Source: Eledone cirrhosa (lineage: Eukaryota). Taken from it: DNA of 64,000 nt. Shown piece by piece: positions 1 through 10,643 of this stretch. The stretch is taken from positions 1,054,001 through 1,118,000 of the forward strand of contig OZ024762.1 of NCBI GenBank assembly GCA_964016885.1, written 5' to 3'. Both the position numbers and the translations under genes were made by a program. A model generated the notes under the pieces. That model ran no database searches, was not told the origin of the DNA, and worked only from the letters and a program-made list of their open reading frames with translations. Numbering within the stretch: the stretch's first letter is position 1; the number at the start of each line of letters is the position of its first letter.

Positions 1-492
1 CTCATATGGGACTCTTTCAATATCTTTATATTTGAATTTTGTCTATCTAATAATATCAGATGTTTACAAAAAAACATTTGAAAGCCTTTAGCTATGAATT
101 TTGGGAGCTGACGGCTAACGCCATCTAGTGGATTCCAACAGAAGCAGTAGAGGATAACTGTCAACGTTGTTTCTGGCTTGTGACCATTATCAAGACAGTA
201 AATCCCGTCAAGGTTTACTTTGCCTTTTATCCTTACGGGGTCGATAAAATAAAGTACCAGTAATGTACTGGGATAATTGCTGGCCTTGTGCCAAAAGTAG
301 AAACAATTATCAAGACAGTGCTTCCCCTACACTGTTCTCTGCTGGAATTTAACTAAAAATTTTCCATCATAATTCTATATAAGAACCTTTGATAAGTTAT
401 GCCCCAGTTATCAAATAATGAGATAGTAAAATATTTCACTAAATCTCTTCAAATTGTTTATTATTTCCAAAATTGTATGAAAACTGTAGACA

Positions 493-562
493 GCTGAAAT
501 AGTTTAGTTAGGACAGCGTTAGAGAGATCTAAAGGTCCTTGGTTCAACCCTGGGTTTTGGCA
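493..562 (+). pseudogene. tRNA-Phe pseudogene
   Basis: GCTGAAATAGTTTAGTTAGGACAGCGTTAGAGAGATCTAAAGGTCCTTGGTTCAACCCTGGGTTTTGGCA is colinear with metazoan tRNA-Phe(GAA) as recalled; anticodon loop shortened by 3 nt and several CpG>TpG/CpA changes. Confidence 0.85.
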
Positions 563-940
563 TCCAGAGGTTGGCTCAATCTTTATACTGGTGGTGCTGT
601 AGCATGGCCTAAGCCTGTCGGCTGGAAATCATAGTATAGTAATAGAGAGTCTGCCATTCGAAATACAATAATGAAAAGATAGAAGTGTTTATATATATTT
701 TAAAAAACCTAACACAATTTTATATAAGAACATTTGTTAAGTTATGTTCCAAACACCAGCTTAATATTGAGATAGTTAGTTGTTTTACTAAACCCTTTGA
801 AATTCTTGATTATTTTTTAACCCCATGGCAGTCTCTTTCATAAGAAATATAATAGTGAAAGGGTAAAACATGGAAACCTGTTTATGAGTTACTATTTTCC
901 TACGACACCGCCTTCTCATCGAATTACGTCCCTTATTTGA

Positions 941-950
941 AAAATGGCGG
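941..950 (+). promoter_or_regulatory. YY1-like motif overlapping the POLR2F start codon
   Basis: AAAATGGCGG matches the YY1 consensus, which often coincides with start codons of housekeeping genes. Confidence 0.4.
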
Positions 951-975
951 ATGACGAAAACGATGCCACTGAACA
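944..975 (+). CDS. POLR2F: POLR2F coding exon 1
   Basis: [10 protein letters not shown] then CA|gtaagt; phase fits exon 2. Confidence 0.85.
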
Positions 976-3900
976 GTAAGTGAAATTTATTAACATTCAG
1001 TTCATATCTACTTCTAATTCTGTTAAATATATAAGAATATCCACAGTAAAGGAAATCTCTGATCAGAAATGATTCATTCTTTAAAAAACGGGAGGTTCCT
1101 TTTGATTGATTTGCTGTAGTGCACCCGAGCACTGTACACAATAAGTTTCGTTATTTTTATTACATTTAAAGACAGTTTAGGCAACGACTAAAGTATTTTT
1201 GTTTTAAATCTTATGAAGATAACTTTAAGTTAATTTAATTGAAGTGATATTCCGTGAAATAATGTTTCAGATAAATTATAATTTATTGTAGTAGCTGTAT
1301 ATTTTTTTTAATTTAGTATTATTTTCAATACGTCCACACGTGTTACTCTAAATCAGTGATTCCCAACGTGGAAAGTGATATAACTTCCTCTACACATGTT
1401 ATCGTGTATCTGGCAACACCTACCAACAGTTTGTTTACAATTTGGAGTTGATTCTGATCATCGCAGCTTTGTTTAATTAAAGAATTTCTACTTTATATTA
1501 TATAAAATAAAGTACCAGTAATGTACTGGGTAATTTGCTGGCTTTGTGCCAAAAGTAGAAACAATTATATATACAGTAATTACACTTTTACAAAACTCAG
1601 TTTGTTTTTATATCAAAAGGAAACATAAACATTTGTTATATGTTGAGGCGAGGGGCAGAAGGTTTAGGAACTGATCTAAATAGATCATTCCACCAAATAT
1701 AACGAACGTTATTCATTAAATTAAATAAATATACTTACTATTTGTTATCTAGAATTCATTGTTCAGATGTCACGTATTTTATAATAATTATTCTTTCCTT
1801 CGACCTGCAATAAAATATAGGAACTTATTCTAATATAAGGTGGTGAAATGGCGGAATTGTTAAAGACGTCGGATAGCACCTTAAAAAATGAGTTATATTT
1901 GGGGATGTCCTAATATTGCCAATATATAGTAAAATACACTCACTGGTTGGTTTGGTTTTCGCTTCAGTTTATATATATTTTATATAGTTCTATAAATAAT
2001 AGTGACCATAGGTAGAATATAAACACCAACTGAGACGGGAACACCAGACAACACATGCACGCATGCGCAAACAGACGTAAATAAATAACTGTTTCTACTT
2101 TTGGCACAAGGCCAGCAAATAACCCAGTGTATTACTGGTACTTTATTTTATCGACCCCGTAAGGATGAAAGTCAAAGTTAACCTCGGCGGGATTTGAACT
2201 CAGAGCGTAAAGGGCCGTAACTCTTTGCTGCAAAGCATGGCGTCCGTCCCTCTACCAATACTGCCAATCCACCACAATACAACGACATTTGAGGTAGACT
2301 TTGACAGTTTCGACCCCCTACCAACGGTACTGCTGGTCAACCCGCGGTCACAGCGTCTGACGACACAAGCCAAAGCGCTGTCCAGTGTGTATATATATAT
2401 ATATGTATGTATATATATATATATATATGTATGTGTATGTATGTACACATGTATATATATATATATATATGTATGTGTATGTATGTACACATGTGTATAT
2501 ATATATTGTACTTTGGAGGGTCATATATATGTATATATAATAATAAATGTGAAGACTAAAATACGTATATGTATGTATATATATATGTGTGTGTGTATAT
2601 ACATATGTGTGTATATACATATATGTATGTATATATATATAAATATACATAAGTACCAGTCAAATACTGGGGTCCATTATTCTTCTATATCTCTGCTTAT
2701 TAACTTACTCCTTCACTGGAAGAAATCAGTTGGGCTCCGTCAGGTTTTAAAATGCCCCAAACATGCGCTATGTCCCTACACCTCTCCCACAAGTTACTGG
2801 TCCATATGTACATAACATTCTGATGTGTCCCAAACATGCGCTATGTCCCTACACCTCTCCCACAACTTACAGGTCCATATGTACATAACATTCTGATGTG
2901 CCCCAAACATGCGCTATGTCCCTACACCTCTCCCACAAGTTACTGGTCCATATGTACATAACATTCTGATGTGCCCCAAACATGCGCTATGTCCCTACAC
3001 CTCTCCCACAACTTACAGGTCCATATGTACATAACATTCTGATGTGCCCCAAACATGCGCTATGTCCCTACACCTCTCCCACAACTTACAGGTCCATATG
3101 TACATAACATTCTGATGTGCCCCAAACATGCGCTATGTCCCTACACCTCTCCCACAACTTACAGGTCCATATGTACATAACATTCTGATGTGCCCCAAAC
3201 ATGCGCTATGTCCCTACACCTCTCCCACAAGTTACAGGTCCATATGTACATAACATTCTGATGTGCCCCACGTGGCGATTATTAAAAATATTTCACATAT
3301 TCCCTTTGTTTTATATATATATATATGTATGTGTATGTATGTACACATGTGTATATATATGTATATATTCAAAAATGGGTGAAAGAGTGTGATATGTTTT
3401 GGAGTCACTGTCACAGCCTATCACTAAACTATTTGGAGAACTATGTCTTGCTATTACCTTCCATATTATTCTCACAGTTTCTACAACTGGATGCTCTTCA
3501 CTAACAACCTTTTACAGAGTGTACTGGGTGCTGAAAATTCTAATTGTTGATTCTATTTTCAGATTGGAAGATTTAGACACTGCTTATGATGAAGAACCTT
3601 TAGATGAACCAATTGAAAACCCTGAGGTGAGTATATATACTAGACTATCTCTCTCTCTCTATTATATATATATACTAGACTATCTCTCTCTCTCTATTAT
3701 ATATATATACTAGACTATCTCTCTCTCTCTATTATATATATATATACTAGACTATCTCTCTCTCTCTATTATATATATACACTAGACTATCTCTCTCTCT
3801 CTATTATATATATATATACTAGACTATCTCTCTCTCTCTATTATATATATACACTAGACTATCTCTCTCTCTCTATTATATATATATACTAGACTATCTC

Positions 3901-4782
3901 TCTCTCTCTATTATATATATATACTAGACTATCTCTCTCTCTCTATTATATATATATACTAGACTATCTCTCTCTCTCTATTATATATATATACTAGACT
4001 ATCTCTCTCTCTCTATTATATATATATACTAGACTATCTCTCTCTCTCTATTATATATATACTAGACTATCTCTCTCTCTCTATTATATATATACACTAG
4101 ACTATCTCTCTCTCTCTATTATATATATACTAGACTATCTCTCTCTCTCTATTATATATATATACTAGACTATCTCTCTCTCTCTATTATATATATATAC
4201 TAGACTATCTCTCTCTCTCTATTATATATATATATACTAGACTATCTCTCTCTCTCTATTATATATATATACTAGACTATCTCTCTCTCTCTATTATATA
4301 TATATACTAGACTATCTCTCTCTCTCTATTATATATATATACTAGACTATCTCTCTCTCTCTATTATATATATATAAAATACCGCGTATATATCTTGATA
4401 TGGCCTGCCATTATACATTGAAATGTATGTAGGATTAAAATAATGTTTTAAATAAACTTGTTTATTCTCTCTCCATTTAATAAAACCTTTGAGCTCTGCA
4501 GCCCGTAGCCTAAAAATCTATAACAGAATCAACAACGGTTGAGATCATCCCCAGCCTTCCTGTATCACTGCTGGATCAAAGAAACTGACTAGCATAGAGC
4601 TTCTATTATCTTTACCAGGATCTATATTATAAATTCCAATATAACCATGCATATATGTGTGTGTATATATATATCTATAACCATACATACATACATACAT
4701 AGATAGCTGTCAAAACGGCCGAAGCTCAACTGTCGGGGTCCTGACTCCTCTCCTATATATATATATATATACACACACATAC

Positions 4783-4829
<47 letters not shown>

Positions 4830-7064
4830 TACATATTAGCCAGAAAATATAAACTTTTTTAGAAGGCTACCACAACAAAAACTTCAAAAATATGATAATA
4901 AAGATGTTGTAATGTTACCTTGGGGGTGTTTAATAGTCCTTAATATTTCAGAATAAAATCCTCTTATCAAAAGAAGAGTTAAAGAAACTCAGAATAAGAT
5001 ACTTTATGTTGTCCTTATGCTGTCATTTCATTAAGTAATGTCTCGTTAATACAATTATTTGTTATCTCACCAATGGCTGCTATTAGTGATTGTTTCCTTT
5101 CCTTGATGTAAGAAATTCAGCTTGTACTTCCTTTGTTTTCAGGAATCGGAGAATATTGACATCCTCCCTAGTGGGGAAGCATCCCTTAAAGTGGATCATG
5201 ATAAAAGAATCACCACACCATTCATGACGAAATATGAAAGGGCTCGGGTACTTGGTACAAGGGCCCTACAAATAGCGTGAGTTTCTTATTGTTATAATAG
5301 AAATAATTTTCTAATCTCCGAACTATTGTATTCTCCTGATGAAGGACTAACATCCGATACATCAACATTTTTTTTCAACCTTTCACCCAAAGCATGAAAC
5401 TATTAAGACTAATTGTTTTTGTATTTGTCATTTTTTAATGTATACATATGGTTTACCAACCAGAACCACCAGTTCTACTCTGGTAACCAAACTAAGTTAA
5501 AAGGTATATATATATATTTCTTAGAGATGGCAACATGAAAAGGCTTTATTTTTCTCTTAAAAAAAAAAATGTTCTATCTCCTCAATCTTTCTTCTAATGA
5601 AGGACTAGCGTCCGAAACGTTAAGACTCTTTTCCTACATTATCAAGTGTAAAACTAATAATATATTTCTTCATTGTACTGTGTCATTTGCCTTTTGTGTA
5701 TATATATATATACAGGCTGTCCAAAGAAATGTATGCACATTTCAACAGCATTCTAATCAGTGTGTATACATTTGTTTGGCGGACACCCTATATATATATA
5801 CACACAAATATTATTTGAATAATTGGTTTTCTAGATTGATATGTATTTCAAAAGGTGTTCTATTATATATTTTTGTAAATTTCAGAATGTGTGCTCCAGT
5901 TATGGTTGAACTGGAAGGTGAAACTGACCCCTTACAGATAGCTATGAAGGAACTCAAGTATGTATTACATATTGCTCATCTCTAATTAGATAAGTTTAGC
6001 CAGCTAATGTTGGGGTTAATATTTCAGTTGTGTGAGTTCCTGTCAAGGTTAGCTTTGCCTTTCATCACCGGATTGATAAAATAAAGTACCAGTAATGCAC
6101 TGGGGGTCGATCTAATCGACTTTCTCCTCCCCTAAAATTGTTGGCCTTGTGCCTAAATCAGAAAGAAATATTTTATTTATGGAGGCACATGGCTTAGTGG
6201 TTAGAGTATTGGCCTTGCAATCGAAAGGTTGTGAGTTCAATTCTCAGACCGGGTGATGTGTTGTTTCCTTGAGCAAGACACTTTATTTCACATTGCTCCA
6301 GTTTACTCAGCTGTAGAAATGAGATGATAGGGACTGGGGTCCCTATCATTCCCCTGTAAAGTGACCGTATGAGGTGCCACGGCAAAAAAGCACCCAGCAG
6401 CACTGAAATGAGGTTGGTGTTAGGAAGGGCATCCAGCTGTAGAAATCAAGCCAGAATCAGTTCCTGTCCCACTCTTGCAAGCAGGGAAAAGTGGACGTAA
6501 AATGACGATTATTTATTATTATTAAAGGTGGTGTGAAGGAGTGTGGCTCAATGGTTAGAGAATTGGAGACGTGAGGTTGGGTGATGTGTTATGTCCTTGA
6601 GCAAGACTCTTTACTTCACGTTCTTTGTGACCTGAGTGGTAGATAGTATCAGCAATGGAAACATTGTTTCCTTGTTCTGATTCGAAGAGTTCCATCCAAC
6701 TCTGTAAGGGAATGAGGTCTGGGAACTTGTCTATTGTAGGTTGGCAGAATCGGTAGAGCATCAGATAAAAACATTTTGAAAATAATCAAAGACTTGAAGG
6801 GATTTAATAATAAACTAACATTCTCATTAATAAGCTGGTGTGTGGAACATTACTTAACAAAGGTTCTCATAAGATTATGATGGAAGGGTTTTAAATAAAT
6901 ACAAATAGTTTACTATTGTTGATGCTTTTGTTATTAACATCTCATAGCTTTTGTGTCAATTCTCTTTTTACAGAGCAAGAAAAATTCCAATCATCATTCG
7001 CCGATATTTACCTGACGGAAGCTACGAAGACTGGGCTATTGATGAATTGATTATTACAGAATAA
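944..7064 (+). CDS. POLR2F: DNA-directed RNA polymerases I, II and III subunit RPABC2 (RPB6), spliced, 130 aa
   Basis: join(944..975,3563..3626,5143..5276,5886..5957,6974..7064)=393 nt; all introns GT-AG with matching phases; protein contains [69 protein letters not shown], the RPB6 signature, after an acidic N-terminus. Confidence 0.97.
2088..2270 (-). mobile_element. tRNA-derived SINE, abundant family A
   Basis: Minus strand has B-box GAGTTCAAATCC followed by body GAGGTTAACTTTG..ATCCTTACGGGGTCGATAAAATAAAGTACCAG..TTGCTGGCCTTGTGCC; more than 10 related copies in window (e.g. ~200, 1505, 6030, 14330, 26700, 29100, 31950, 37520, 46605, 46950, 47165). Confidence 0.75.
2753..3270. repeat. 73-bp minisatellite, 7 copies
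   Basis: ACATGCGCTATGTCCCTACACC recurs at 2761, 2834, 2907, 2980, 3053, 3126, 3199. Confidence 0.92.
3563..3626 (+). CDS. POLR2F: POLR2F coding exon 2
   Basis: ttttcag|[21 protein letters not shown]|gtgagt. Confidence 0.9.
3632..4376. repeat. compound (TA)n-CTAGACTA-(TC)n minisatellite, ~37-bp unit, ~20 copies
   Basis: Tandem TATATACTAGACTATCTCTCTCTCTCTAT starting directly after the exon 2 donor. Confidence 0.92.
5143..5276 (+). CDS. POLR2F: POLR2F coding exon 3
   Basis: [44 protein letters not shown]|gtgagt. Confidence 0.96.
5712..5790. mobile_element. tiny Tc1/mariner-type MITE
   Basis: TA-flanked imperfect TIRs CAGGCTGTCC..AAATGTAT / ATACATTT..GGACACCCT; related copy at ~60965-61060. 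Confidence 0.5.
5886..5957 (+). CDS. POLR2F: POLR2F coding exon 4
   Basis: [23 protein letters not shown]|gtatgt. Confidence 0.96.
6181..6511 (+). mobile_element. CORE-type tRNA SINE with RTE-like 3' tail
   Basis: A-box TGGCTTAGTGG, B-box GAGTTCAATTC, central CCTTGAGCAAGACACTT..CAGTTTACTCAGCTGTAGAAATGAG resembling the MIR/CORE domain; tail shared with sequence 3' of the LINE at ~56820-56995. Confidence 0.75.
6974..7064 (+). CDS. POLR2F: POLR2F coding exon 5 (terminal)
   Basis: tttttacag|[32 protein letters not shown]. Confidence 0.96.
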
Positions 7065-7894
7065 TTGCTCACCTCCAACAGCATCATCATCCTTTTTTTT
7101 TTTTCTTCTTGGATCTATTAACCCTTTAGCATTTAAATCGGCTGTATCAGGCCAGAATTCTCTCACCTCTTTGTTCAAACCAGTTGTATCTGGCTCCTTA
7201 TACTGATGTTGAGGTATTGTTCTTAAAATGAATATCAAAATCTCAGATTCCTTATGAGAAATAAAGCCTTTACTGAGAATACCTCAACATTTAAACCAGT
7301 CAGAATTTTCTCACTTCTTTCTGCTCAAACCAGCCACGCATACTGATGTTAAGGTATTATTCTCAAAATGAATAATATTAAAATCTCCTAGATTCGATAT
7401 TATGTGAGGTAAAAGTAAATATAGAGTAATGTGAATGGTAAAACAGTTGTTGCCTTAACTACATTAGAAGTAAACTGAAATAGAATTGGCAACTATATCA
7501 TGGAAGAACCATAGCCATTGATGATCACAAACAATTGTTAACTTCACCTTTTGTCATTTCTTGATGTTAAAATGTTTGTTGGTCACTGACCAAGTTCCAG
7601 TTGTTTGTGACCAGGTCACAAAAAGTGAAGTAAATTAGTTTAGTTTCAACAGTCTCAGATCCAGAAGTCATTCATGTTACAACACAACTTTCCATATCAT
7701 TTCTATGGCTTCATCTTGTATTTATATCACTAAAAATGGAAACCAGGTTGATAAAAACTATTGGATTAATTAATTAATTTAATTAATTAGCTAAAGACAC
7801 TGTAGCACCTGGTTCTAATCACTCCTTTAAAATATGATTTCAAAATAAACAAGATTAATTTCCCTTTTGTTGTTTTGTTTTGTTTATTTTCTGA

Positions 7895-7900
7895 AATAAA
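7895..7900 (+). terminator. candidate POLR2F polyadenylation signal
   Basis: AATAAA preceded by a U-rich tract; another AATAAA near 7260 is an alternative. Confidence 0.4.
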
Positions 7901-9262
7901 ATTTCAGAAAAATTTATATTTGCTGACAGAGTTGGGTGGAGTTCGTCAAATTGGACCAAGGAAACAATGTTTCCATTGCTGATACTATCTACCTGTTGCA
8001 AATCCTAGCAGAAAGAACATGAAATAAAGTGTCTTGCTAAAAAATATAACTCATTGCCCGGTCCAGGAATCGAACCCGCAACCTCACAATTGTGAATTCA
8101 ATTATCTAACCACTAAGCCACACACCTGCTTTATGAAACCAGTTTAAATTCACAAATATTTTTTCTAAACACCCCGATCCCTAGGTTCACAACCATCTGA
8201 AAGGGTGGACTGGATGCTTTTTTTGTCATGTCACCAGCACAACCGTCTTATAGTTAAACTATAAACATGCGACAGTGACTGAAATTGTCCGTGTTACTGC
8301 ATTGGTCTATAGTCTGTCTCAAATCACGCAGCTCGTTAGACCGGTGCTTGTCCTGGTTTCGTGACATGAAGCGACTGAGAGTACAAGACTCCCCCTGGAC
8401 AGGACACCAGTCCATCACAGTCAGTTTCAAACTAGATGGCTTGTCAGGTCAGTACTTATCCTGGTTTAGTGACGAAGTAACAGAGTACAAGACTGTATTA
8501 CTGGTACTTTATTTTATCGAACCCATAAGGATGAAAGGCAAAGCTAGCCTCAGTGGGATTTAAAGTTAGCTTTGCCTTTCACCCTTAATTTTAATAAATC
8601 TCTCAAAATTCCTCATTAATTAAAATAGAATAAATTTCATTAGAATGTGGTCCTGAAAGGGTAATAAAAACTTGGAATATTTTTTTCTCGTCTAAGTCTT
8701 TGGGTTCATCGGAAAAGATGGAGAAAATAGACAAAGTTTCATTTCTTTCTCAATCATTTGATTTTTTTCACTTTATTATCATTATTGTATCTGAAAAATA
8801 AAAAATAAAAAAAAAGCACCATAAATGTCATTAAGATGAGATAGCTCTTAGAAGTCATGGCAACACGTGTTGTGACCAAGATGGGTCAGTGATTGTTCAG
8901 TCCAATTCTTGGTCACTTGTTACAGATCACTGGCATGGTCAATAGGTCAGTGAAGTGGTTGACATGACAGTGTGGTGGTCACCAGGTCACTGTGGTGGAG
9001 GAAGCCAACACAGTCAGTGTTGAGCCCCAGAGGTTGGGTGGTGAACTACACCCCAGACACTGAGGAAGGGCTAGGTCAGTCTTCAAGGGTTCTGCCTCAG
9101 TACCAGTGAAATAAATGTTTTACACAAAGGAGAGAAAGAGATAGAGAGATTATATATATAAAGATAAATAGACAGACAAAATAGAGTGATTATATATATA
9201 TAAAGATAGAGAGAGAGAGAGAGACACAGAGTTTTGAAAATAGGCAAAGTTTGGTTTAACAT

Positions 9263-9268
9263 TTTATT
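9263..9268 (-). terminator. candidate PPP6R polyadenylation signal
   Basis: TTTATT on + (AATAAA on -) about 1.3 kb after the stop, followed by pyrimidine-rich sequence on the - strand. Confidence 0.45.
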
Positions 9269-10570
9269 TCAATCTGTAGTAGTTGTAGTTGTTGCTGTTG
9301 TTACTGTTGTGTGCCACTGAGACATGTAATGGCTTAGAAAAGGATTTCGCACAGATTTTGTCTCTTTCAGTGTCCAGTTTCTTTCTAACAAACCTTTCTT
9401 TGTTTTTTTATACAAAAGAGCACAGATTAAAAATTCTGACCAAATAGGACATTATCGATAGAATAATTACAGAAAAAAAGAGCAACTTATTTCTACAGAT
9501 AATGTTTCCTGTTATAGTTTCAAGTCATTAGATTGCAATAGGGGGGCAGGGGAAAGGAAAGAAAATAATATAAAATGAGATTAATTATTAACAAATGAGA
9601 GAGAGAGTTTGTTCAACAGTATCTACTTTAGTGAGGGCCAGGGAACAGGGTGAACTGGACATGGGCTGGCGTGAGGCCTTGGGGACAGTGTGAGCTGGAC
9701 ATGGGCTGGCATGAGGGTGAGTTGGGCAGGGTGGCGTGAAGCCCTGGGAACAGTGTGAGCTGGACAGGGCTGGGGAGAGTGTGAGCTGGACATGGGCTAG
9801 CATCAAGGCCAGCTGATGTGTGAACTAGACTGGTCGGGGTCAAGGCTAGCGGTTGTGTGAGCTGGACAGGGGGTCGAGGTGAATAGATAGCTTCAACTGG
9901 ACAGGGGTGGGTTCAAGGCAAGCAGAAAGTGTCAAGGCTTAGGCCAGGGGAACGAAGGCCCCAGACGACAGTGTGAGGCTGGACATGGCGAGGGGAGGGG
10001 GTGGCTCCTCCACCAGACGACAGCTCAGGTTTAATAGAATCAATACAAGTTCAGATACTGAGAACAGAAGAAGAGGAAGAAGAAAAAAACCAAAAAATAA
10101 AATAAGTCAAATTTTATAGACAGAGGAGGGGGGGGGGTCCATATGTAAATATTGTAAATAATAATAATAATGATAATAAAAACAGAGAGGGGCTGGGGGG
10201 ATTGTGGACAAAAAAAAAACAAAAAAAAAATATATATATATGATATATATATATATATTTATATATACTACCAAATACTGAAGTGAAACAGCGAGAGTGG
10301 GATGGAGAATGACCATCTATAATAAAACCCCTTCATAGGTGACAGTATGTGTGTGTGTATGTATGTGTGTGATATCGCTGTTACTTCAGACAGATGCTTG
10401 GTTGCCGGCAGTGTTTACTTAGCAATCAAACAGTTAAGCCAACTTTTCTAAAATGTACGACAGGGCAGTAGTAGGGAGGGTGACGGGGGATAGTTATAAG
10501 GCATGTTGAGAGACATTGTTGTTTAAATTGTTGTCTTAGACTCGACATATCATACACCGTCAACAGAATC

Positions 10571-10643
10571 TCAAACTGGTCCGTTCTTCATTGATGCAGT
10601 GATTGCCTTCTCGTATTTCTCCATCGCTTCAATTGCTTGAGAC
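10571..10643 (-). CDS. PPP6R3: PPP6R coding exon 27 (terminal)
   Basis: [26 protein letters not shown]; C-terminal NGPV as in vertebrate PPP6R3. Confidence 0.9.

Noticed and set aside
6181-6253. tRNA gene
   Set aside because: tRNA-like head continues into a CORE domain and LINE-like tail, so it is a SINE
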